From: Azolla caroliniana
Taxonomy: Eukaryota > Plantae > Polypodiophyta
Length of the DNA stretch: 64,000 bases
Assembly (NCBI GenBank): GCA_043228905.1
Contig: JBHGNT010000004.1
Span: forward strand, 19,344,001 to 19,408,000
Direction: 5' to 3'
In this document: positions 32,137 through 44,100 of the stretch, piece after piece
How positions within the stretch are numbered: position 1 is the first letter of the stretch
Layout: each line of letters opens with the position of its first letter
Notes under the pieces: generated by a model
The model's input: the letters and a program-made list of their open reading frames with translations, nothing else
Told to the model about the DNA's origin: nothing
The model's database searches: none
Made by a program: the position numbers and the translations under genes

Positions 32137-35106
32137 TCATTGGTCACCCAAATTGTCCAAAATACTTTGTTCCAGAGTTTCCAATTGTTCTTCCGGTTGT
32201 GGTTGTTGCGGCTGTGCTTGCTGCTGCTGCTGTGGTTGCGGTTGGGACTGAGACTGCTCCGGCTGCTCTATAGGCGGCTGCTCCGTTTGTTTCTCTGACT
32301 CCGGCACCCCCGTTTGACTGCTTCCGGTCCGGTCTCCTTCCAGTAACGGTTCCTCATCACTGAGGTTGACCGTAACCGGTTCTCGTGCTTTCTCTTCCCG
32401 GATCCGGGACCTCTCGTAGCTTTCAAACTGGATCTGCGCCTCCAGCCTGTCGTCGTCCAGCTGAGCTACAAGTTGCCGGACTTGCCCTAGTTGGTCCTCT
32501 GCCAAGGCTTGAAAGTCTTCGGCCAGCTCATCTCTTATGCCGGTGAAGTCTTCGGAAGTCAACATATAGCAATCATCTCCCTCCTTCCGCCGGTTCTCTA
32601 CGTCGGCCCGGAGCAATTGGAGTTCCGCCGCGTTCGGGGCCCACTTGGTCCACCATTTGACGGAACCGTTGTCAATCAAGCTCTTGGTCTGGTTCAACCA
32701 GGCCCGCATGATATCCTGGATGCGACTTGCTCCCATTTGCGCTCTACTTTCCACAACTTGTCGTTCCTCCTTCAACTGCTTGATGAGATTAGCCGTATCC
32801 TCCGCCTGCTCTCTGTAGCGCGTCAGCTGCCCTTGATATGTTGTCTGCAGCCTCTGCAATACCTCCGCCGCTCTTTCTCTTTCCGCCTGCTGTTGCCTGA
32901 GGAGCTTTGTCCGAACCTTCTCCGCCTCTTCCAACCGTCTTCTGGTTTCCGCTTGTTCATTAGCGTATGCCGTTGCGGTCCGATCAACTGCTTGGCGGAG
33001 CTCATCTGTCCGTTCCTTGTGCTCCGTTTGCAACCGTTTATACTCCCGGTGCAAGTGCTCAAATTCCTCCGTTTTTTGTTTGAGCTTGCCGTTGATCTGG
33101 CGATGGTTCCGGTCCTCCCGGTCCTTTAGCGGCCGGAGTTCCTCTTTCAGGCGCTCTACTTCTGTTTCGGCGTTTCTCCGGAGCCTGTCCTTCTCTTGCA
33201 GCATTTTCTCCTTTTCCTCCTTGAGCCGGTCGTACGCTTGGTGGCCTTTTCGTAAGCTCTCCTCGGCCCGGCGTAGATTCTCAGCAGTCTTTTTGAGTTC
33301 TGCCTCCGCTGCCGTCTTCAACTCTCTTTCGCGGCTCCTCAGCGCTTCTTGGGCAGCTAACTCATCCTTTAAGTCCGCAAGCTCTTGGGCTTGTGCCGCA
33401 TTTCTCTCCGGAACGGTTTCCGTTGCCGGGGTCTGATTGCTATGTACAGGTTGATCTGACGCTCTATTCTGTACATTGCCCGGAGTCACCGGTGCTTGGA
33501 CTTGTGTTGTCAAAGCCAATTGAGCCATTTCCCTTGTGACCCTGTCCAAGTCTTGTTCAAGGCTCCGGATTCTGGACCAGGCCGTCTCTAGATCTACAGT
33601 TGTGACGAGCAACCGTTCGTGGTGCGCTCTCTCCTCCGCCTCTATGTACTCGACCGCTCCAGCGATCTGCTCGCCTACCCACCGTAGCCACATGCTACTG
33701 GTGCCTTGCTGCTGTACTGGTCGGGTCGGCTCGTTCACTGTGGAATTGTCTGGCCTGAGTGCCTGTATCTGCCGTTCTGGTTCTACTCCTTGGCCGCTGT
33801 GTGTGCTGGCTGGGCTCGCCGGCTGTTGAGTTCCGGTTCTCGCCGTCTCCGGAGCCCTTGGAAGGACTTCTTGTATAGAAGTCGACAAGGCCGGTTCTAT
33901 ACGCACCGGTTCCGGTTCCTCCCTTGTGGTTTGCTCAGGTTGAGTTGGGGGCGTTTCTTCCTTTTGCGGGTCCGAACGCTCCCCCGCTGTCCCGGCGGTC
34001 CTACTTCTTGACCGTCGTTGGAGGTGCTCTACTGGCTCCTCCGTTTCCTCTTCCTGGGTAACGACATGTATCTGTGTCGTCAAGGGTTCCGGTTCCTTCT
34101 GTCCCGGTCGCCGTATGGTTATCTTAACGGGTCGAACCGGTGACACCTCCTCCGGTTCTGGGAGCCGTTTCTTCCCTTTCGTCGCCTTCGACGCCAGCAG
34201 CTGCTGTCGTTTGGACGCGGGTTTCGAGGTGCTTCCTTCCGATAATCTTGGCCACTTCTTTGGCTGGACGGTCTCGACCAGTGGCGCGAGCAATGTTATC
34301 CACTGAGCTACGGCATGCCACAGCTTCCGGCCCTCCTTGCCGTCCTTTCCTCGTACCGTGTCGATTGCCGCGCACAAACCGTCTGCAATCAACACCGGCC
34401 AATCCACCTTGATCCCTTCATAGGTGGCTATGATCATCCTTGCCCGATTTTTTGGCATGACAGGGGGTCGGGGGTACACGTGGCCGTACTCATGGAGCAC
34501 TCGAGCTATCTCCTTGAATAGCGGATCTTCGCCGCCCTGCGTTCGATAGCCTTTGCCGGCTAGAGAGTACTCACCGAAATATCGGATGAGTTGCTCCGAG
34601 GTTGGGTTATCGATCTGAAAAATACCTCCCTCCGGAAGGCCTGTTAGCGCACGGATCGCTTCCTCGGTGATGACTTCTGTGTCGAGCTCCTTGATGACCC
34701 GGTCGGCTTCTTTGTGCGGTGGTGCCTCCATGATGGTCAAGAACCCATCCAGTCCGTGTTGCCTAAGCCATTTCCTGGCCGCTTCCGACAGCGTTTGTGG
34801 GTCCATGTCTGCTTCGAGGTCGAGGAAAGTTGGCGAGGTAGAGTGGTGATGAGAGTGAGAGCGAGAGAGAGAGAGTTCCGAACGTGGGGGTTCTCTGAGT
34901 GCAGGTTCGCGTTTGCTAAGCTTCCACTGCCTTGGTGCTTCTGTGCTTCTTGGCTCGCGAAATGTAAAGGTCTCCATGCGTTCTGCTTTTTCTCTGTGCG
35001 TCTTGGCGCCTTTTCCGAGCATGCGCACGTCGTGTACCAATTTAGTATTAAGTAACGTGGCGGCTCTTAAATGCCCACTACGTACCTTTTCGTTCCTTGC
35101 TTTCAC
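32137..35106 (-). CDS. Element C extra ORF: globular N-terminal domain, low-complexity linker and long coiled coil; probable start MDPQTL at 34806
   Basis: Uninterrupted 989-codon frame between pol and the 3' LTR. ITEEAIRALTGLP motif and heptad-rich E/R/K/Q region. Confidence 0.8.
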   Translation of the reverse strand: MKARNEKVRSGHLRAATLLNTKLVHDVRMLGKGAKTHREKAERMETFTFREPRSTEAPRQWKLSKREPALREPPRSELSLSRSHSHHHSTSPTFLDLEADMDPQTLSEAARKWLRQHGLDGFLTIMEAPPHKEADRVIKELDTEVITEEAIRALTGLPEGGIFQIDNPTSEQLIRYFGEYSLAGKGYRTQGGEDPLFKEIARVLHEYGHVYPRPPVMPKNRARMIIATYEGIKVDWPVLIADGLCAAIDTVRGKDGKEGRKLWHAVAQWITLLAPLVETVQPKKWPRLSEGSTSKPASKRQQLLASKATKGKKRLPEPEEVSPVRPVKITIRRPGQKEPEPLTTQIHVVTQEEETEEPVEHLQRRSRSRTAGTAGERSDPQKEETPPTQPEQTTREEPEPVRIEPALSTSIQEVLPRAPETARTGTQQPASPASTHSGQGVEPERQIQALRPDNSTVNEPTRPVQQQGTSSMWLRWVGEQIAGAVEYIEAEERAHHERLLVTTVDLETAWSRIRSLEQDLDRVTREMAQLALTTQVQAPVTPGNVQNRASDQPVHSNQTPATETVPERNAAQAQELADLKDELAAQEALRSRERELKTAAEAELKKTAENLRRAEESLRKGHQAYDRLKEEKEKMLQEKDRLRRNAETEVERLKEELRPLKDREDRNHRQINGKLKQKTEEFEHLHREYKRLQTEHKERTDELRQAVDRTATAYANEQAETRRRLEEAEKVRTKLLRQQQAERERAAEVLQRLQTTYQGQLTRYREQAEDTANLIKQLKEERQVVESRAQMGASRIQDIMRAWLNQTKSLIDNGSVKWWTKWAPNAAELQLLRADVENRRKEGDDCYMLTSEDFTGIRDELAEDFQALAEDQLGQVRQLVAQLDDDRLEAQIQFESYERSRIREEKAREPVTVNLSDEEPLLEGDRTGSSQTGVPESEKQTEQPPIEQPEQSQSQPQPQQQQQAQPQQPQPEEQLETLEQSILDNLGDQ

Positions 35107-35170
35107 GTCCGTTCATACCTCGATTTTTAATGATTTTTTTTTTTTTTTTTTTTAATGACGGTATGTGGTC

Positions 35171-38100
35171 TTACACATCCGTAGGTCCCTTCGGACCCTT
35201 ACCATTTTCCTTACGGGTTGCCGTGTCTTCCTTCGCCTCTGCTACGGGTTCCCCGTTGTCTTTTTCTTCCATCCGTACCGTTCCCGGACAGGTTCCCGGT
35301 ATAGTGCCGGTGGGCTGCATAAACGGGTTACTTGGCATCGGTCCTTTATACGGCTTTAGTCTAAATCCGTTGACCCACTTGCCTAGCACTTCACCGGCAA
35401 GTGTCCCTAACTGATAGGACCCGTTGTATTCCCGTGTCAGCCAATACGGGCCTGTCCATCTAAACCAGAGTTTACCCGGCATCTTGCCCATCCTCGTTTG
35501 GAATACTAGCACCGGCTTTCCGATTTCGAACATCTTTTCATTACCTTTCCGGTGACGGTCAACGAACGCTTTCCGTCGTCGTTGCTCCAGTTCCATGTGT
35601 AGGATGCTGGCCAGCCGTTGCTCCTCCAGTTCGCATAGTGCTGCTAGCCGCATTTCCTCCGACTCCTTTTCATTCAGCCGTTCCCGTAGTTGGATCCGTA
35701 AGCTTGGTACCTGAAATTCCACCGGCATGACCGCCTCTAAGCCGAACGCTAACCGGAACGGCGTTGTCCGGATACTTGTTTTGTATGCCGTTCGGTACGC
35801 CCATAGCGCGCTATGGAGCTTTGTATCCCAGTCCGTCCGGTTTTCATTGACGATTTTGCGGAGAATGTTCTGGAGCGTTTTGTTGGTTGACTCTGCTAAC
35901 CCGTTTGCTTGTGGGTAGTACGGTGTGCTCCGTTTATGGACCACGGCATAGAACGTTGTTAAGCTTTCAACTACCTGGCCGAGGAAGTGCCCTCCTTGGT
36001 CGCTGATTAATTCAATCGGACATCCATATCGGCACCAAATGTTTTCGTACAGGAATTTTGTTGTGGATGACGCGGTGTTGTCTTTCAAGGCCTTAGCCTC
36101 CACCCATTTAGTGCAATAATCTGTTGCCACGATGACATAACGATTACCCGTTCTCATTGCCGGTGGCTTGAACGGTCCGACAAAATCCAACCCCCACTTC
36201 TGGAATGGCTCTAGTGGAAGTACCGGTTGGTGTGGCATCCGTGCTTGCTCCGTAGGCTGGCCCATTCGTTGGCATAGGTCACATTCCTTAGCATACTTGA
36301 CGGCGTCTTTTAACGTCGTGGGCCACCATAAGCCGCTCTGCCATACTTTCCTTGCCGTCGCTTCCCCGACATAGTGTCCTCCGGCAACCCCACAGTGTGC
36401 TTCCCGTAAGATTACTTGTTTCTCGTCACTACGGACTGCCCGTCTCCATATTCCATCTGCCCCCTTGTGGTAGAGAGTGTCCCGTAACAGACAGAAATTG
36501 CGGCTCTGCACCGCCAGTCGTTTCCTCTCGTCCCGGTTCATTTCCTCCGGTGGCAGGCCCGTGCTTAGGAACTGGTGCATGTTTGTCAGCCACCTATCTT
36601 CTGATGCCACCGTGTCGTCCGCTGCCGTTTCCGGGGTGATACGGAATAACTCTGCGTCCGGGAATTCATCCGATACTCCGTCGCCTGATTCTCCGGACTC
36701 TAACCGGCTCAGGTAGTCTGCTACGACATGCTGGATTCCGGGCCGGTGGAAGATCTCGAATTCGAACTCCTGCAACAGCAAGGTCCAACGGGCCAACTTA
36801 CCGGTCAGGGACGCCTTGGACACTAAGTACAGGAGCGCCGAGTGATCCACATGAAAGGAGAACTTCCTTCCCAATAGGTAATGACGAAACTTTGTGACAC
36901 TGTAGATCATGCCTAGGGCCTCCCGTTCTGTAGTCGAATAGTTCTTCTCCGCTTGGGACAGCTTCCGGCTGGTGTAATATACCGGCCGGTACCATTTGGG
37001 CTCCGTAAGTTGCATTAAGGCGCTGCCGATAGCGATGTCGGAAGCGTCAACGAACACATGAAATTCCTTGCTCCAATCCGGAGGCTGCACGATGGGTGCT
37101 TGCGACAAAAGTACCTTCAGGGCATTGTATGTCTTATCCTCCGTATCCGTCCATTGGAACGGTGTCCGATGTACCGCGGTGTGTAATGGTGTAGCCAAGT
37201 CAGCCAAGTGACGGAGCATCCGGCTGTGCCACCGGATCTGTCCTAAGAATCGGCTTAGTGCTTTGGCCGTTTTCGGCGCCGGTGCCCCTAGTATCGCGTT
37301 TACTTTGTCCGGGTCGACCGCAATGCCCTCCTTACTTACAATGTGTCCCAGTAAGATTCCACTTGAAACCCCAAAGATGCATTTTGCTGGGTTTAAGCTT
37401 AGCCGGTATAGCCTACACTTTTCAAGGCATAACCGTAGGTGCTGCAAATGGTCTTTTTCCCGGCTATAGACTGCAAAGTCATCCAGGAAAACCTGCATGA
37501 AGGCTGGAATGTATTCGCCGAAGATCTCCATGATGATTCGCTGGAAAGTTGCTGGTGCCGTTTTTAGTCCGAACATCATTACTACGGCCACAAACACTCC
37601 CCATTCGGTTACGAATGCTATCTTCTCCTGGTCGTCAGGGTGCATCCGGATTTGATTGTATCCGCTGAACCCGTCTAAAAAGCTATAAACTTCATGGCCG
37701 GCGACGGCATCCAGTACTCCATCCATGAACGGAAGAGGGAATGCATCCGTAATTGTGGCTGCCTTTAGTTTCCTGTAATCTACACACACGTGGATTTTAC
37801 CGTTCTTCTTTGGGACGACGACGATGGGGCTCAGCCACGTCGCTTTCTTTACCGGCCGGATGAAGCCCACTCTTAAGAGTTTGTCGATTTCCTCCTTCAC
37901 TTTGGCGGCGTAGTTGGGGTTCATTCGGTAACGTCTTTGCGCCACTGGTTTCGCGTCCTTGCCTAAGTGGATCTGATGCTGATATAATTGAGGGTCCAAC
38001 CCTCGCATGTCTTCGTATGACCAGGCGAATACGTCGCGAAACTCCGTGAGAAGTTTGATCATCGCCGCTTTATCTTCCGGCTTCATTTCTTTGGCGATGT

Positions 38101-41029
38101 GTACCGGCTTTGATTCGTCCTTGCTTCCTAGGTTCACTTCGTCGAGCTGGGATGTTTTTACCCGTTGGGAAACGGCCATTTCCCGTTCCAACGCTTCCTG
38201 TGCTTGCCGTAATTCCCGAATCGAATCTTTGTCTGGTTCGGCTTCGGTTTCGTCCCGCTGCGGCAAGTATGGCGCTACGGCTTCAGCTACGTCAATCTTG
38301 AAGAGTGGTACGATCTTCGGGTGTTCCTCCAAGTACTGGGCTTCTTCGTCGTCTGCCAACCCTTCAAGCATGTTCACGCATTCCGCATACAGCGGTGTGC
38401 ATTCCTTACCGTTGCTCGTCCGTGGTTGTGTCGGTACCCGGACCTTGGCTTTTCCGCGCCGGAAGGTAATCATATTTTTCCGCCAATTTTGCTTGATGTG
38501 TGCTGTTTTCAACCATGGTCTGCCCAGCAACAGTGGGTACGCGCCTTGCGCCTGTAGCTGCAGCACTACAGCCGAGATGTGAAATGTGTGACCTCCTATG
38601 GTGACTTCCAATTTCCGTATTAAGCCCGTCGGCCGTACAGAGATCGTATCCGCCATCCGTAGCCAGAACGGACATGGCTCCCATTCATGTATACCCAAGG
38701 CATCACACGTGCGGAGGCTTATTACGTTCACCCTGGAACCTCCATCGATTACTGTGCCGGGAAGTTCGTGCCCTTTGACAATAACTGTAATCATCGGACT
38801 ACTAGTGTCCACCACCGTCGGTCCCTCCTCCGGATTCGAGAAGAGGACTGGTGCCGGTGGGGCTATACCGTCTGTCATGACCGATTTTAGTCCTTCCGTA
38901 AATCGCGGCACGAGCTGCAAGAGTCTTCCTAATGGCAACGTGATCTGACATTCTTGCAGTGCTTGCCATGTCTCGTTTTCTGCGTGGCTACCGCCGGCAC
39001 TCCCTATGGTATTCGCCTTTTGCCGTTCCGCGTCCGCGACGTTTCTTTCATTGGCTTCCTTCACCCATTCCGTCGCCTGTTTTCGTATGGCCTCTTGTGT
39101 TTCCCACTCTTTGGCCATGCCTTTCGACCGTGTGGTTACTTGCTGTACATCCGCCACTTCCGGAACCACCATATTAACTGCTGGTCGTTTATCGTAGCTC
39201 TTTGCCGGGCACTGGTTACTGTAGTGGCCTTCCTGCCTGCAGTAGTAGCAGTACTCTTTACGGGTATTGCTGGATTCAGCATTGTTGGTAGCCGGAGTCG
39301 GTCCCGTAGTGAGTGGTGCGCTCTGTGCCGGTTGGCTCCTTGGGGTTCCATGTTCCGGGTCCCTAGGGTGACCACCTTTCTTGAAATTACGTTTCTTATT
39401 ATTCTTATTTTTATTTCGGTAGTCCTGTCGTGGTGGATCGTAAAATCGGCCGTAGTCCTCCTGGTGCCTTCGGTAACCAGGGGAATGGTCTCTGTCGTAT
39501 TGCTCGTGTCGTCTGTTGGACTCCCAATAACGGTCCGATCGCTCATACCGGTCGTAGTTATCATGCCGATCCCCGTACCAGCCATCATTTTCTTGTCTGT
39601 CTCCGTACCGGACATCCTGTGCCGGTCGGTACCGGTTCATTCTTTGCCAACGATCTTCATCTTCGTCTCGGCTGCTTCTTGGCTCGATCCGTCGGACGGG
39701 TGGTGCTTGTCGGTTTAGCAGGTTATACTCGCACCGGTCCGTTGTATGACTCTTGGATTGACAAATCACACACTGGGTTCGCATGGTGCACTCCACTGCC
39801 GAGTGTCCGGCATTCAAGCAGATTGTGCATTGAATTGCCTGCCGGAACCGGAGATCTTCATCGGTGGGTAACGCCAGTTGCAGTGCTCCCAGTGTAAGCC
39901 ATGAGCTTGACTTTTCCATTTCTCTGACCCGGTCAATGACCTGGTCAATGGTGCTTCCTCGAAAGTCGATCACCGTACACACCGTGCGTAACGGTTCCCG
40001 GAGTGCGTTTAAAAATATCGTCCGTAATTCCTCCTCCGGGGGTGCACGGGCAAGCTGGCTATGCATTCGTTGGAAACGGATGATGAATTGGGGAATGCTT
40101 TCCCTTGCCTCCTGTCGGATCGTATAAAACAGGCCCACCATCGTCGTCTGGTCGACCTCCTTGTGGAAAAAATGCAAGAATTTTGCTTTTAATTCTGCAA
40201 AGGTTGTGATGGTCGCCGGGTCCTGCGTCCGCCGCCATCGTGCCGCTGGTCCTTCCAACGTGACCCCGAATTCCGCTATCTTCGAGCGTTCTTCTTCCTC
40301 CGGTGTCAATCGCTGGGACGCGTGATTTGCTTCCCATGTCTGCTCGAAGGCATGAACATGCGCTTCCGCGTCCGGATCATCGCGATACTTTGAGTATTGG
40401 AACGACATGTCGTCGTCCAGTATTAGGCCGCGGTTTAGTGGCGTTTGTTGATATCTTTCCGGTTCTTTTGCCGGTGCTTTTTCCGGTTCCTCTTCCGGTT
40501 CTTTTTCCGGTTCCTTCACCGGCTCTTCTTCCGGTACCTTCGCCGGCTCTTTCGTTGGTGTCGGTGGCTTTGCTTCTTCCACTTCCGGTGTTGGTGGGTT
40601 GACGGCTTCCGTTTGCGGTTCCGGATAGCCCTGGTCGAACGGTTCCGGTTCTGGAGTCGGCACGGTATCCGACCCGTCGTCCTCTGGGCCGCCGGGGGTA
40701 TCGTTGCTGCTCCGGTAGTTCGTGTGCACGTTGTATCCCCCTTCGGAATCCGATTCGTAGGCTGAAAAGGCTTCTGCCTCGTTTTCTCCGCTTGCCAGCG
40801 CCTCGAGGAGGCGTTCGGTTTCCCGGAGACTACTTAGACCGCTTCCGTCGTCCTAGTCGCGAGTTTGCTGTAACCGAAGAGATTCCTCCGCGACTCTCCG
40901 GATCTCGTTGGAGAACGAACGATCTGAGCGAATTTTGTGCGCTGCTTGCTGGAAAGTCTCACGCCGTCTTTGCCGTTCGGCGAGGCGTCGAGCTCGGTCT
41001 GTAACCAGGTCGTGCGTTGGTCTAGTCAT
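35171..41029 (-). CDS. gag-pol: Element C Gag-Pol polyprotein in a single frame; probable ATG at 41029, in-frame TAG at 40853-40855
   Basis: 1852-aa open stretch with gag, three Cys/His knuckles, VIDGGS protease, FLDDF RT, FVDASD RNase H and integrase (HHCC, ISDQGGHF, NGLAE). No chromodomain. The frame extends upstream to MTRPTHDLV across one stop. Confidence 0.9.
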
Positions 41030-41899
41030 CCATTAAGCCGTCGTTCGCTGCGAGAAAGCAGGAATCGTGGTCGCCAAACTGTGTTGTTCTCTGACCGGAC
41101 AAGGCCTAACACAAGGTGTCGCGGAGACACTTGACCAAAGGGTGATTACGGCATAGGATTATGACTCAACGATTACACCGACTTACGTAGGTTACACGAT
41201 TAGAGCGCTTTTGTTAATTACAAGCGTAAGATATAACAGTAATTACAGAACGGAAATCAACACAGAAGTATAAACACCATACGCTCTATTAATTATCCGC
41301 TGCGATTACAATGGGCTCCGGGCCTTTAAATAGGTTTCCGGTCCGTAGTACAAAACGGTGCCTATCGCACCTATTCGGGATCCGTCCGGATCTGGAACGG
41401 CATACCGTTTCCAGTCCGTCCGTCCACACTATGCTTATTTACAACCATACTTAATTAATTCCTTCACTCCGTATTTTGGACTCCTTGCCGGCCGGTAACA
41501 GGCGATAGTGTGAAACTTGTGAGGAACATACGAAATCGAGTGTGGTTCTTCTCACGAAATATAAAACAATAATAGTGAAGATACTATTTTAAATAAGTTT
41601 AATATCTTGGTACAAAAAGATGGAGGTCTTGAAGAGCTTTTGAATGCACTTTGCTACATAACAAATGGTCAACTAAGTGTGAAGTTATGTGGGTATGAAG
41701 TTACGCAAAAAGAAAAGAAAAGAAAAGAAAAACAAACCTGTGAGATGTCCCACATAGATAGGACAAACAAGGATCTTACAATATATAAAGCAAAGCTAAA
41801 AGCTAGAATTGTGTGTCTATGTGTGGAGCATAGAGAGTTCAAGGTGACTTGAACTAAGTTAATCAAATGAATGGGTGTGGCCTAGCTACTTGAATCATA

Positions 41900-44100
41900 T
41901 ATTCGAATGTACTTGGCATGTTTCGCATGTGGAAACGAATTGGAGTACATCATTACTTCTCCTTCAATTTCTCGAACGTCGCCCATGTTCCTCTATGACC
42001 TGCCCAGGCACTCTCGTGGAATTCGGTCATTAGCGTCACTTGCTCTTCCTTTCTTCACCACCACTCGACGTGGTATTCCTGTCCTTCTTTTTGGGTGTCA
42101 CCAAAGGAATCCTGCCTTCAAGAAGTGTTGGTAAGTTTTCTTCCGGATTCGTAGGGCCTCCTCTTTCGTCAACGAAGCATCCGTCGTCACTTTTCTTAGG
42201 AATCTGCCGATTAGTAACCACTCCCCTTCGTACTCGTCCTCGTTGAAGGCGTGGAGGGTTAGCTTGCCCTTGTCTTCCGCCGATAGTTGAGCCAGCTTTA
42301 AGAAGTCGAGGGTGACGTCTTCATCTTCCGAAACCATGTCACCTTCATTCTCAAATCTTGCCCTCGACAGCATGTCAGCCATGGTGTTCTTCTTTCCTGC
42401 AATGTGGCGGATCTCTGGGTTTAAAGATTTAATATAAGCGATCCACCTTAGCATAGCTAGATCTGGTGTTGCACATCCTGAGATCATCTCGAGGATTGGG
42501 AGACAATCTATCTCAATTATCGCTTCCGACCCGATTAGGTAGTCATTGTCCGTCTTCACTGCCGACACAATACCCCAAAGTTCTCGCTTGACTTGGGTGT
42601 ATCCTCGTTGCCGTTCGTTGAGAACCTTTGCTCCGAACCGGATGGCATACCACGCATTATCTTCTCCTTCTTGATTGATGACCCACCCGATTCCGGTTGG
42701 GCTCGTATCTACAATCACATAAATCGGCTTCCCTTCGGTATAGTCGGCCTTTCTTAGTGCTGGAGCTTCAAGAAGTAGTTTCTTCAATCTTCGCATCACG
42801 TTTGTATGCTCGCTTCGCCATTTGAACTTCATTCTTTTCTTTAGTAGTTCATATAATGGCTCGGCGACACGAGCATAGTGTGGAATCCAGATATGATAAA
42901 ATGCACATGCTCCAAGGAACCTTCGAACCTTCGTTTGGTTTACGCATTCTTCTTTCATGTCCTGGATTGCGTTCACCTTGGATGGCGAAGGCTTCCGGCC
43001 ATATGCTCCACACAAGTGACCTACCACCAAGAGCTCTGGTTGCCCGAATGCGGATTTTTCTCCCAAAAATGTCAAATTCGCATCTTCGAGCCTTTGAAGC
43101 ACCTTCTCGCAATCTTTCATATGATCCACGACAAACTTTCTACACCCTTCCTTATCTTTCGATTCATCTTTCTCCTCATCCTTACATCCTTTTATCGGAA
43201 TATCATCCAAGAATGGCATTGTGATGTCCGTGATGTAATCCTTCAAGACCTTGTTCATGGAATTCACCATATGAGCCACTGAGTTCGTTGCACCTTGAGG
43301 CAAGGTACACATCCGCATGAACCCGATTGGAGTCCTCATGGTCGTAATGTCACGACTGATGATTGCCAATTGGAATTGGTCATATCTGGAGTAGAGATCG
43401 CCAATGGAGTAGATGGACCGGCCCGCAAACGCCTCGACAATTTTGTCCACGCTCGGACCGATTCCAACATTTCGAATTGTCACCTAGTTGATGAGTTGAA
43501 GATCTTGGATGAATCGCAATGATCCATTCTTCTTCTGCACCGTGAACCACCTATTAGAGTAAGGAGCATTCAATGGTTCCAAAATTCCCATATTCACCTT
43601 CTCCTTTAAGAGCTCGATCAGCTTCGGTAGATGTGCTCTCAGAACTGGTATCGGTTTCAAATTCCAAGGTACATGCGGAACCGTGAAGATTACCATCGGC
43701 TCTATCGTCCTTGGATCAACACATCCGATTTCTCGTGGGAAAAATGCGAAAGCCTTCCCATGTCTCTCAAGCATGTCACGAAATATTTGCTCCTCTTCAG
43801 GGAGAAGGAAATCCTCCCTTCCAACTCGTAGCTTCCCCTTCTTCTCTTCGGTGAAGACATGACCTATTGTCTTCGGATCTCTTAAGCTTGGATCGTTAGC
43901 GACTTCCTTCATCTTTTGCTAGTTATCTTCCGGTAGCGGAACCGCAACTGGCTTGATCTTCCTATCCACCGTTTTATATTTTGTGTTGATGTCAGCTTCC
44001 TTCATCAAGATGTTTCGATGATATTCATCAATGATAGCGTACATGTTGATGGAGCTAACCGAAATCATGCGATGATCGTGTAAATCGCGACGGAGCCGGC
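41900..44100 (-). pseudogene. pol: Ty3/gypsy pol fragment (RT, RNase H, integrase zinc finger) inside element F
   Basis: KYKTVDRKIKPV, CTLPQGATNSV, PFLDDIPIKG, VDTSPTGIG and HESAWAGHRG...C..C, with internal stops. No gag or protease visible. Confidence 0.85.

Larger units (their letters stand above)
26251..41500 (-). mobile_element. Element C: full-length non-chromovirus Ty3/gypsy (Athila/Tat/Ogre-type RT) with an extra 3' ORF
   Basis: TSD GGCGA. 419-bp LTRs at 41082-41500 and 26251-26331 plus 31747-32084 (split by the copia). PBS TGGCGACCAC on the minus strand at 41067-41076. Confidence 0.95.
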
